From Dicyema japonicum (Eukaryota; Animalia; Dicyemida): 64,000 nt of DNA. How positions within the stretch are numbered: the first letter of the stretch is position 1; each line of letters starts with the position of its first letter. Made by a program: the position numbers and the translations under genes. Positions 37,011 to 48,200 of the stretch are shown in pieces. The stretch covers positions 242,685-306,684 of the forward strand of contig RDEW01000051.1 in the NCBI GenBank assembly GCA_011109175.1. The letters run 5' to 3'. The notes beneath the pieces were generated by a model. That model worked only from the letters and a program-made list of their open reading frames with translations, ran no database searches and was not told the DNA's origin.

Positions 37011-38763
37011 TCATAGTTTTTTGCTTGGTGTATCACTACTGGCAAAACTCGAACAGAATTGTGGGTTTGCTAATAATGATTGGTGGAAATGAACGTCGAT
37101 CCAATTCCCATTCTTTTTGTGCCACACGTGAGTTTCCTCAATCCGAGTGACCGTGAGTTTATCACTAAATGTCAAATACACCAACTTTTCCAAAGATTGA
37201 GTGAGTCTTATGAAGGCTATTAATCCGATATCCTTGGACAACATCTTCACTTGGGGATTCAGCATTGTTACGCTCATGGAATTCTCCGACCGTCTGTCTG
37301 CTAATATTAAATCAAATAAGTTTAGAATTCACATTTAAACTGAAACTTGTGGTACTCCAGACCATAGTAGAGATTCCCCAGAGTCCCTGGCTCGTAGAAC
37401 GTGAGAGAGGGGTCCACGAATTTTCTACGCTTTGCAATTCAGAAAACTGAAACGCCAAAAAGTTTCGATTGATGATACAACTGAGGAGTTTCTCAGTGGA
37501 ACGGACGATTTCCTGCTTTTCATCTAAATTGGACAAATTCGGAGACTTTGAAAGACGTCGGAATCCTCGTTTTTCGAAGTGTGCATGTTACAGCCTATAA
37601 TTATTTTTCAATAGACATGCCAATTCTGAATTTATTCGCAGCCAACAGCGTATAAGCCGTTCCCTGCTTAAATAAAGCAAATAACCTTAATTTTTCTTCG
37701 GGCGTTGAAATTCCTTAGATTCTGCAGCGTGTTCTGCTTGTGATAGGTGGAGACGATTTTTTCCGGATTCTAAAGTTAGCAAGTCGCAAACCTTTACCCA
37801 GGCGTGACTGAGGACCTCCTTTGCGGTCAGACGCAATTTGGGGTCCGTTATTAGGAGGTTCATGATCAAGTTCTTGGCGGACTCTGTAGTATTGTCCCAG
37901 TCGGGGGAATGGAACTTAACGTGAGGAATCATAGGAAACTGAATAATTTCCGTCGACGATCATTTGAAACAGCTTTTCGTTTTTTCGGTCATAAAAAGGT
38001 TGGTACCCGGCCAATAATATATAAAGTATCACTCCACACGCCCACATGTCGATGGGGTACCCGTAAGGCTTTCTCAGCACTAACTCTGGTGAAACATATC
38101 CCGGAGTTCCGGCGAATCCGTGAAACTTCCACTCATCGTCGACAGTCTTTATTGCCAGGCCAAAGTCGGCGATTTTGATGACCTTTCCGGAGATTAGTAG
38201 ATTCTCAGGCTTCAAGCATTTTACCAACCCCACCTTTAAATCTGCGTGAATTATATTCTTGGAGTGACAGTAATTGAGGCCCTCACAAATTTGACGCATC
38301 ACCTCACTAAACTGAAATGTCCCCACTACCTCGCGTCAGGTTCCGTGTAGCTTTCCCGAGAAACGATGTCATCAAAAAGCTCACCGTCGGGACCCTAAAA
38401 TTACATATTTTTCAAAACAGCTCGAAGATTAAGTAAAAGTGATCTTGGTTTCTGAAGACGTCGCAAAGGAGGACTGCGAACTAACAAACTCGGGGTACCA
38501 ATATTTTTGTGATTTAGTGAAGAGCAAATTTCGATCTCTTTTTCGATGTTTTTGTAACCCAAATAAATTTAAATTATGTTACTTTCGGAATTTAAATTTT
38601 TTGTCGCTATTATTTTTGCCGCAAACTTGTCCCCCGTTAACTTGTGAATGCACATTTTTACAACGGAGAATCCACCTCTAGGAAATACAAACAATCTGAT
38701 TTACGAGCCAATTTCTCTATCGAATACGTAATTGTTATGAACGTCGACAGTGTTGTCATTCAT
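37011..38763 (-). CDS. CAMK2: Calcium/calmodulin-dependent protein kinase II (kinase, regulatory and hub domains)
   Basis: IGSGGFSVVKMC, FAAKII, FYLIFEL..GELFDDIVSRESYTE, HADLK/PENLL, DFGLA, HGFAGTPGYVSPE, DMWACGVILYILLAGY, KQNTLQNLRNFNARRKIK, EKQEIVRSTEKLL, EETHVWHKKNGNWIDVHFHQS; many 22-27-nt introns; 3' end uncertain. Confidence 0.95.
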
Positions 38764-38975
38764 TTTTACAAAATAAACAATAATATACTATTGACTTGTA
38801 AGTGCTATTACCCCACATAATTTAAATAAGAATTTTGGCTCTATTTTGAATTAGGTTTGCCAGGAAAATAAAATTTTAATATTAAAAAATAATAAGATTA
38901 ACGTAATTTAATAATATAATTTTAATATATATAAATAATTTTAATTAATCAATTTAAATTAATGTTTTGCTTTCT

Positions 38976-39130
38976 GGCTGAATGCATAGTGGTTAGGTTA
39001 TCGGACTAAAGTGGCTTAGGTCACGGGTTCGATTCTCGCAGCTGTTCACCTAGTGGAAGGTTCCACGCATCTACGTTGTGGAAAGGCTTGACGAGTGACG
39101 CCGTCATCAGTGGAGATTCCTTGCGGAACT
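38976..39130 (+). mobile_element. SINE2, 5' half (split by a LINE; continues at 40323-40460)
   Basis: CATAGTGGTTAGG (A box), GGGTTCGATTCTCGC (B box); colinear with the intact copy at 53260-53500. Confidence 0.85.
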
Positions 39131-40322
39131 TATTTTTTATTTAAACACCAAGACCACGGTAAAACCAAAACTAACTATCACGTGATCCCGATGCGCTCCG
39201 CCAAAATCCTCATTCTTTCCCGGTGCTCCTCCTTCGTACCCACACAAGCTCGTACGCGGCTACCTTCCCGCATGCCGGAGTTTTGTTTAATGAGGGCCTC
39301 CAGAGTTGTCGGTCCGGTTTTGTGTCTCCCACAAGACCACCGCTCCGTCATTCTGAACGCCTTCTTTTGAACGTCCTCATTTTCTTAGTGTTCGTCCATG
39401 ATAATGAAGGTCCCCACGAAGCACACGCGTACGAGAAGCATGGTTCGATGTATTGTTTGTAAATGTTCATCAAGACCGGGTGGGTACCTGTCTTCCATAT
39501 TCCAGATAAACATTTTAATACATTGATCCTCTTCTCGTACTTCAGAACAATGTTTCCACGTGTGGTGACAAACATAAGTGCGTATCCAGTGTCACGCCCA
39601 GGATCTTCTGACATTTGGTGAAGGGGATTTCAATGTTGTCCAATTTTAACTTGGCAGTCATCTTCCTCAACCTTTTGTCCAAAGTAAACATAGACGTGAC
39701 AGACTTTCTGGAATTTATCGTGAGTCGGTTCTTCATTACCCAGGCGTTGAGTCGGTCAAGGTTAATTTGTAATCTTTCTGTAGCATTTTGGATATCCCGA
39801 TCACGCGAGGCTAAAACAATGTCGTCCGCATATGTGAGTAGAACATCGTTATTGGATTCCGGTGTCGGAGGTCGGCCAGGTATAAATTGAATAAGGCGGG
39901 GATAAAGGAGATCCTTGGGGGACACCGTTTGTTAAAAGACGCGAGACTGATTTCAGTCCTCCGAGGCATACACGCCCCTCCGTCCACTTAAGAAATTTGT
40001 TATCCAAAGTTTGCGCGTTTCCGGGATCTCGGACTGGTAAATTTTCTTTGATAATATTTTTCTCGAAATAGAATCAAAGGCCTTGTTAATATCAATGGAA
40101 CATAAAACTGGTTCAAATGCCTTGGTTTGTTTAAAAATCCATCTCTAATGAAGTTTGTTAATTTCTGTAGGTACATTGATGTAGAGCAATCGCTCTTGAA
40201 TCCGTGTTGAAAATCCTTTTCTGGTAAGAAAACCTTGATTCTCCCAAGCACAAGCCTCTCCAGGATTTTCGATATGGAACATAACAATGACACAGGTCTA
40301 AATGATGCCGGATCTTTTTACA
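39131..40322 (-). mobile_element. 5'-truncated Jockey/I-like LINE (RT) with 8-bp TSD GCGGAACT
   Basis: SLLCSISKILERLV, FQHGFK, LTYADDIVL, YKQYIEPCFSYACASW; TSD at 39123-39130 and 40323-40330. Confidence 0.9.
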
Positions 40323-40460
40323 GCGGAACTGGATAGTCAAAAGGACATACACTCAAGAAAAAGAAAAAACAAAGAAGTGAAGAGCATTCCTTGGTTCTCC
40401 CTCTACGATTAGTTATAATAACTGTTCTTTACTTAAATAAAATGTGTGTTCTGCACGAGC
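40323..40460 (+). mobile_element. SINE2, 3' half
   Basis: GCGGAACTGGAT..AAGGAC..CAAGAAAAAGAAA..AACTGTTCTTTACTTAAATAAA matches 53406-53475. Confidence 0.8.
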
Positions 40461-40629
40461 GAAACCCTAGGAATCTTACGTGCTTATGGAAACGGGGTAG
40501 TGCTAAATTATATTTAATATATTCTGGCAACGTCTGATGACATCGGATCTGAAGGTCGTGGGTCCGAATCCGAGGTATGAAGTTTTCAGTGAAGGTCAAT
40601 TCTTGTCAAGGTTTTTCGATGATATAGAC

Positions 40630-41423
40630 AAGTGGTTCCCAACCTTAAGGTGCTCGCGAAACCTTTGGGTTAGTTGATTTTTTGGGGAACCCTAAAAATT
40701 CAATTATTACAATTTTCACATAAAACATAATTGTAATAATCAAAAACAATTTTAATGTGAAAATTGAGGTAACTTTTCATCATAGTTTTGTAACGCTAGG
40801 AGTTATTGTTGACCAGTGTATCCTCATATCAGGGAGGTTTCGGTAGATGTACATATTGAAAACCCGACTCACATAAGTAAGTCGCAGGGAAAGGTAATAT
40901 TTAAGATGTTGATATTAAATTGATGTTAGATTTGCAGGTATTACTTTAACTTTGAACGGATTTTAAACCCAAACGTCATCAAATTTATCCGGAAAATATT
41001 TCGCAATGTTATCATCCAGAATTACCAAATGATCTTTGATGTCCTGAAGTACTGCATCATCCAATCCCCATTTTGATTCATCAAGATCTCTGCAGAATGG
41101 CAAAGCATTTAATGTTATTTTAATACGGATGATCGTCAAAATTTGTTCTCCATAATGCATCTTTTTTTGAACATGGCTTTATAAGATACCCCCTCAATTG
41201 TATGTGCCTCTCCACAGCGTGCTACAAGATAACCCACCTGTTTTAATTAAAATAATTCAATTACTTCATAGGATGCTCCTGGTCGATTTTAGGTTGTCGT
41301 CTTTCGCAAAATGTGACATTTCCAAATTGCACCTGTAAATAATAATTGAAACTATTATTAAATAATTTATAATAAATTTCGCGGAAATTTGGGGTTCCCC
41401 GGAACCCAGGTTGGGAACCATTG
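40630..41423 (-). mobile_element. Non-autonomous hAT (Charlie/Buster-like) element with TIRs
   Basis: TIRs (A)AGTGGTTCCCAACCT at 40630-40645 and AGGTTGGGAACCATTG at 41408-41423; internal IKDHLVILDDNIAKYFP..WV; TSDs do not match. Confidence 0.75.
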
Positions 41424-42040
41424 ATGGATCGTTTGACAACATTTAGTCAACAAAAATTAAATGAATCTGAAGCTGAAAACTGGGATTTGAAGGGGACTAA
41501 GGTTCTTCTGAAATGTGCCATTCCGCTTAACAAATTATCAATGCCTTTGTTCATTGATATTTTCAAATGCAACCAAATTTCTCTTCCTTTGCAATCGCAA
41601 GCAAGGAACTGTGCCAAATATATTACAAACGAATACATAGCTTCGTTCTGGGGCATATTCAAGTATTTCATAAAATTTTATTTTCTAGAGAACAAAAAAT
41701 TTTCGCGATAACCGATGAAACTCAAATCCGAACAAACGATATGTCGCGGTTTTGATGGGATGAATCAAACTGCCTAAAATTACTTATTTCAGAAAATCTT
41801 GTCCAGAAGTAGATGATGTGATAGCTAGCGTACAAGCTTCCATTAGGAAGAACAAAAAGCGAAAATTGCCGTTTTCCGAAATTGGAAATCCTCCCAAAGT
41901 CGTATTGACGAGATGGGGTACCTGGTTGAAGGGTGCATTTTTTATAAAAAATTTAATCCCAGTGATTAACATTTTTGAGTTAATTGAGGACGAAGGCATT
42001 TTAGTAACTTCTACGAAGAATGATACCACTGGCAACTAAA
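41424..42040 (+). mobile_element. hAT-like (CGGBP1-related) transposase fragments
   Basis: LLKCAIPLNKLSMPLF, IFAITDETQ, PPKVVLTRWGTWL. Confidence 0.75.
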
Positions 42041-42049
42041 AGAACCACA

Positions 42050-42900
42050 ATGCCCTGTCAACCTGTTCAACGACCTCTGGGAAGTCGGACTGGATGATGG
42101 CGACTATCGAGCAGGCGCATAGCTTTCGCTCTCAAAGATCGGATTGGCTACTCCTCGTTGGGGACATCGAACAAAACCCCAGCCTCCACAAGAACCGGAA
42201 ATCCCTCAATGTCATGCAATTTCACATAAACGGCCTTGCACACAAATCAATCAATCGTCCGCGGTGACCGACCTAATTCAAACATGGGAGGCGATATACT
42301 CATCCTTATACACAGGTCTATTCCTTTCTGTGACACTTCTACACACGCTCTGATTGAAGGTGACAATCACACGACAAAAAATCACACACTCGGATAGCTT
42401 CCAGAGCCGGACACTCCAATACATATCTGGACCTCACTATGTTCTCCATATCCTGGAAAGTTATATATGACCTCCACTCTGACCATAATCCAACTCTTCT
42501 GTCAATCGAACAACTCTCGTCTTGGTTAAGCACCGGAAAACCATAATAAATTACAGACGTGCGAATGAGATTCATTCCGTGGAAAAAACGGAACAATTGC
42601 TATCCGATATTCCGTTGAGAATTTCAAATCGCTTGATGCCGCAGTAAATTTTTTGGTTATCCTCAGTGTCGACAAGAAACACACTCCAAGAGAACTCATT
42701 GCTGACTATAATCCCAATTTCTCTAAGGAAGTTGTTGAAAAGATTCATACAAGACGCCGACTCAAAAAATCAAAAATTCCTAACTAATTTCTAAAGTCTT
42801 CACTAAAAGCCTCAAGAAGCTGAACGTAACTTCGCGGAAGCTACGACCCTAGTTGCGGAAACGGATTCCTTCGCATCTGTGAGGAACCCGTTTCGCCTGA
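42050..42900 (+). mobile_element. Decayed LINE APE endonuclease/linker region
   Basis: SDHNPTLLSI catalytic-type motif; similar to the minus-strand EN region at 49420-50340. Confidence 0.55.
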
Positions 42901-43434
42901 CCATTTCAAGACTAAAGAAGACCGATTTATTAAAAGTTCCCCCTCTTTAATCGGATTCCTCTCCATGAATAAGAGAATACTCTTTCGTACGGTAGTGGGA
43001 ATAGTGGAAGACCACAGAGGTTGGATGGCTCGGTTGATTACGGAACTGTGATTACCTAACTGTCTTCCGTTGTTCTGTCTTTTTTTCTCGGTGATCCCGA
43101 GGTTCTAATAATAATATTAGCCTGTTTGCTCCTGTGGAAGTGTATTTCTCGACGACTGAAATCCTATTTGTCATTTTCTCATTTTTTTTATTTCTAAAAA
43201 AGTAATTTTATTGTTAAAAACTATAAACCGCAGAAAATTTCACTTTAAAGATCAATCACTTGCGGATAAGTAATTCCTCAAGATCACCACTAAAGTTCTT
43301 GACTCTGGCAGACTGTTTCACCGAAAATGTTAGATGTTAGGATGAACCCAATTGTGAGATCCTAGAAGTAGTAGCTTTCTCGGAATATTGGGGATCTCCC
43401 ATTCTATTCGGGCTGTATGCCATTTTTAGCTGTA

Positions 43435-44353
43435 CAGTCCGACCTCTAATTGGGCCATTATGTGCCCCAATTAGAGGTTTCCCAAAACAGAGGTTTTTTT
43501 TTCGTCCTCAATTATCCCTTTCTCGTTTCTCTCAGACGTCTGACGTTTTCCATATAGCTCGATAAATAAAAAAAGAACATTTTTTAAGTAGTCAGTTATG
43601 TTGTCTCTTATTTATTTTTATTCCTTCCGATGGCGTCATTGGATCCACCTTACTGAAGAGACGCCCAATCCCTGGCCGGCATCAAGCGGATCCAATTATT
43701 CTTCCCCTGGGGACATCGTCGTTCCCTGGAGACAAGTTCAGGAACGAGTCAATGAGTTACCTTGGTTATCCTTGGTCTTTGGAATAAGTTTAATTTTTAA
43801 TGAAGATATTCTGGAATCAAATCAAAAATATTGTCGACAAATTTTTTGCCAGCGTTAGAAATAATTTCAGCAGATACATTACTGTTCCACTTTAATTTGA
43901 ATAGAGATTCGATTAAAAAAATTCTGGTGGTATTGAAACATGAGAAATCGATTAGAAAGCTTAAATAATCATCTTTGAAATTTTTAATGATTCCAATGGT
44001 GAAGAAATGGCGTCGTATTTTTTAGCAAAAATAAAAAAAATCGATACTACTAAACGTTGATATTTTGTGACAGACAGCGTTATCCAATGACATTAAGATT
44101 TTTCTTTTTTAAAATCATTTTTTATTAATTTTTTGAAGTTTCTTGTTATCCACGCATTTTTGGACAGAGTTTAAAATTCCATAAATTTTAGGAGAAAATA
44201 TAATAAAAAATTAATGCTCCAAATAGAAGTTCTAAATTTAATTGATTTGTCATATTTTTGGTAGAAATTTTATAGAGCGTCCCAAAAAACTGAGTTTTCC
44301 ACAAAAATAGAGGTGCCCCACATCGGAAGTGCGCATAAATAGAGGTCGGACTG
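43435..44353 (-). mobile_element. Non-autonomous pogo/Tigger element, 919 bp, with TIRs and TA TSD
   Basis: TA|CAGTCCGACCTCTA..TAGAGGTCGGACTG|TA; subterminal TAGAGG repeats; internal remnants LMSLDNAVCHK and LLKNTT. Confidence 0.85.
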
Positions 44354-44829
44354 TACCATGGTTTTCTATGCTACTGCTGCAGTAAATTAGTCGATCAACA
44401 ACGAGGCAATTGGATCAGCCATTGTATAATCAACGCGATTGTACAGTGGTGTATCTTCTACTTGGGAGATAGTCATCGTGTCTTTTGGGGGAACGTGTTC
44501 GATTGTTGAATGACGCTGATATAGTAGTAAAGTTCTAAAGACCTTTTTTAGTTGGCACACTTAGGCTTGTTTTTGTATTTAAAAACCCGCCAACCTAACA
44601 CACCGATTAATTAATTTCCCCGACCGCTCACTGCCATCTCAATCTCTGACTCCGTTAATCTGCTGGTTTTTTGAATACGGCAGGTCGAGCGACAAAGATC
44701 CGATCTTCTTGAGGACATGGTCAAATTCACAGAGACATCTCCCAATCATAATCAGCTATGACCTCACAATCTTGTCTATGAGAACAAAAACTCAATAGTT
44801 AAGTACTGTGCAGTTTAAACAAATCATAC

Positions 44830-45300
44830 TTGCTGGATAGTTGGTCAAGACTTCTTCCTCTGTTTTCCATGTGGAGTCACGTAGTCTATCTGTGCCATGG
44901 CGTCAGTATTATTTGAATTTCTCCACTCAACTGGACCACTCTTTATGATGGTTCTCACAAATGCAACCCACTGGGCCTGTATATGGACTGTTCTGTGATT
45001 ATTTAAAGACCAAAAAGAGAAAATACGACCATTACTGGTCCCAGCTTAGAAACCACCTCATCCCCTCCCGGTATTCCTCACTCAATTATGCCCATCTTTT
45101 GTAGGTTCGTGCTACTGGCAGGGGTTCACGTAATATGAACCACCCACCCGTTCTCCTCACAAAAGTCTCGAATAGGGTGGGGCCTATCAAGGAAGACGAA
45201 AACTTCTCGAGACGTCCTGGAAGTCCTTGATTTCCTTTGAATTTGTTTCTAACAAATTTGTACCCCAGGTGGTGCAACCATAGCTAATGGTTGGCTCAAT
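44830..45300 (-). mobile_element. Possible Ty3/gypsy integrase C-terminus (GPY/F-like and chromodomain-like)
   Basis: KFSSSLIGPTLFETFV and STWKTEEEVLTNYP; weak resemblance only. Confidence 0.35.
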
Positions 45301-45594
45301 GTAATGGTTATGTAGGGAACCTATCGTCGAGGAGAAAGAGTTCTCGTATTGTCAGGGGACAGCCTTTATGAATTCGTGTTTTGCTTGGCAAGAGGACAAT
45401 TGCTTGTTTGTCTTCCAATGTTCATGAGGGAGTCAAACGTGACACTCAATATTTTTACTGCGTTCTTGAGAGAAGTTTTTAAGCAGCGATTTTCGATGGT
45501 TGCGTATTTTATTCTAATATTTTAATATTAATATAATTATTTTTAATATAATAAATTAGATAATAAATATTAATAAAATTAAATCCTTATACAA

Positions 45595-46159
45595 ATGGAT
45601 ATGTCTCTCGACTTTATACCAATGTGCTATATTTGCGGGACTTTCAGTGATATGTACTGGAATTACACCAAGAACTCCAATTTATTGTGCAGAAAATGCA
45701 GTGTGGAAACAAATACGATTAGTTGTGACAAAAATAAACCCAAAAAGGAACAGTCCTCCCTTAAAACTGAAACAATTCGTCTGAATGGCCACAGATCTAA
45801 GAAGAGAAGTCGAAGATCAAATTTGGATTGTGTGGTTAACTCCCAGAGAGTCGACAAACGAGTTCTCTGGGCTGATTATAACGTATTTGGTTCTGTTTAT
45901 GCTAGAATGCCAGATTCTGTGTGGGGGACGTTGTTTCCTTTAACGGAGAGGGACGAAAGTTCTATGCTCTAATTCGCTCCATTTGGGAAACGCCCACAAA
46001 TGAGTTGTTTATTAAGGTTAGATGGCTGATTCCTACACGTGGGATCGATAAAATGGACGACTTTGACTTTGGTAAGCCTCCGCCTACAACTTAGGTCCCG
46101 ATGACGACAAACTCTATGCAATTGAGTATGCGACTCCCTTCCTTAAATATGAATTTTAA
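45595..46159 (+). CDS. GATAD1: GATA zinc finger domain-containing protein 1
   Basis: PMCYICGTFSDMYW..LLCRKC; after a 23-nt intron GDVVSFNGEGRKFYALIRSIWE..KVRWLIPT; after a 23-nt intron GPDDDKLYAIEY; matches GATAD1 motifs GDVVS, YYAQIRG, TWLIPT, GPEED. Confidence 0.85.
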
Positions 46160-46439
46160 TTTTATTATTTTTCAATAAATTAAATAGTTTTGTTTAAAAT
46201 TTTTTGTAAGCTGCTTCTCCACTGGACGGTTCCTGTTAGAGTTCCCCCAATTTGAGTCAGGGAATTCGAACCCATTACTGGTGGGTCTGATGCTTCCTTA
46301 TTTTGAAATTTTCTTGTTCAAATTCTTCCAAATTTGGACAGGGGGAATCGAACTCAATATAAGTGGGTCCGATGCATCCAGGTCTCTCCTGAGTCCGTTA
46401 AGAATGGGAGAGGTTGTTGAGTTTGTAGTTTTGAAGACA

Positions 46440-46860
46440 CTATACGAGATAATATTCTGAAGAGCCATCGTCCTCAATTATCCCTTTCTCGTTTCTCTCA
46501 GACGTCTGACGTTAACAAAACACGTGAGGCTAAGAACTTACGGCGACTCAGCTGAGACAGGTTGGAAGAAGTAATCGTGGATGATTAGGACGCACGTCGG
46601 ATCAGAATGCTCTTGTAGGTGAATTAATACTCACAGAACACTATTTGGACACGTGTCAACTAGGAAATAGTTAACGTGTTAGGTCCACTATATTTGATTG
46701 CTTGTGGATAAAGCGGCTATCAAACCACCAGAAACTGAATTCCACCTCTGATACTATCTTCATCATTTATTCACGGGGGAAGGACTACGAGACTCGTTGT
46801 CATTTAGTCAATTCGAAATTGTCTTATCTGCTTGTAGCCGTAAACGTAGAATATATTAAA
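46440..46860 (-). CDS. Hypothetical small multi-exon gene
   Basis: Donors GTGAGT and GTAAGT with acceptors CAAG and GTCAG; last exon TSERNEKGIIEDDGSSEYYLV*. Confidence 0.3.
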
Positions 46861-46889
46861 AAATTACGCTTGTTTTGGAGATTCAATAT

Positions 46890-47015
46890 CCAAAAAATCG
46901 ATTTCTCAGGCAAATTTCAAAGAACTTGAAATTTTTTCTAAACAGGTTCAGATTCGAACCTACCTACTAGACAATATTACTAATCCACGTAGGAGAAGCC
47001 CACTAGACCTCGGGG
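46890..47015 (-). mobile_element. tRNA-like SINE head
   Basis: GAGGTCTAGTGG and GGTTCGAATC boxes on the minus strand. Confidence 0.45.
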
Positions 47016-47029
47016 ATGTAATCGAGTTT

Positions 47030-47400
47030 GGAAGGGACATCCAGTTCCCACGGTCGGAGTGAGACGAATCTTTTCAAAGCATCACGCCAATCCATATCCG
47101 CTATTGTGGAACCCTTCCGATGGGATAGGAAAAAGAGATCCTGTCGGATGCCAGATATACACTGGGAGTCTTCCGAGACGGGTGGACCACATGACGTAAA
47201 GCAGAGAGGAACCCTTCATTGGTGTGGGAATCAAGCCAGCAAATCTCTACAGCATTAACCACTGTGTTATCCATTTCCCCCGGTCGGAGTGGGACGTACC
47301 CTTACCAAGATGACGTCCTTTTAAGTATTCGCCATTATGGGACCCTTACCTAAAGTAGATAAGAGGGGGATCCTAATTTGATATCTCCCAGGTATTGGGG
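47030..47400 (-). mobile_element. SINE1 copy (47030-47275) plus adjacent partial copy
   Basis: Head CAGTGGTTAA..GGCTTGATTCCCAC; core CGTCATGTGGTCCACCCGTCTCGG; TCTCACTCCGACCGTGGGAACTGG. Confidence 0.75.
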
Positions 47401-47468
47401 GATTCTTGAGTGAGTGACTCGGCTAATGTTTATTACTTGGGGGGATAAAGCTTACTAGATGTTTACTC

Positions 47469-48200
47469 CAGGCATGTCAAACTCAAAAAGCTCCCGGGTC
47501 CGCATTAGATAATTTGAGTATACAAGCGGGCCACACTGACAAATCTGAAAAACTCCGTAACCTAATTGATTCATTTGGAAGTCTACTACACACATAGGTG
47601 GAACCGAACATTACCATAATCCTCGTTGAAAACTTTATGAAGTTTGTACACTTTTCAGGAAGGTTTGAATAGAACCCCCACTTATAGGTATTTTTCTGAG
47701 TGTAGAATCAGATTGCATTTCTAATAGTTCCATTTCATGTGTAAGTTGTGACTTCCATAAGCTTGCACACTTGCTGTCGTCACACGAGTGAGTGCTGAGG
47801 TTGTCTTGTAATTTCAGATTAAGATCACTCAATGTTCAGTAAAGTCCACAGCCAAAGCTAGATCCTGGATCCAAAGGACAGTATCTTTGTTCTGGAAACG
47901 TTGGTATATAAGGGCGAGAGTAAAGCTTAATCATATGAACGTCTTCTGACCACGTGGAAAGCTCATAACCGCTTTCTGTCAATTTTGTTTCAATTACGCG
48001 GTCCGCCCCAATGTTGTCGACTGTATAACATTCCCATGAGCGAGCACACGTCTGCTAGCAAAGGGCTGCGCGATTGACATGCCTGGTTTACATAATTTAT
48101 TAACCGCATAACTTGGAGATTAAGTTCTGTAAGGGGAAACATCCATCCCGTTAAAAAATGCCACTCTGAAGTAAGCACAACAGTGCATTTAATCATTAAT
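47469..48200 (-). mobile_element. hAT (Buster/SPIN-like) element end with transposase remnant
   Basis: TIR-like CAGGCATGTCAAACTC..GCGGGCCAC; LAVDFTEH.SDLNLKLQ and LWKSQL motifs. Confidence 0.7.

Noticed and set aside
40622-41431. 8-bp TSD for the Charlie-like hAT element
   Set aside because: Left ATATAGAC fits an nnnTAnnn pattern but the right flank ATGGATCG does not match, so an intact insertion site is not supported.
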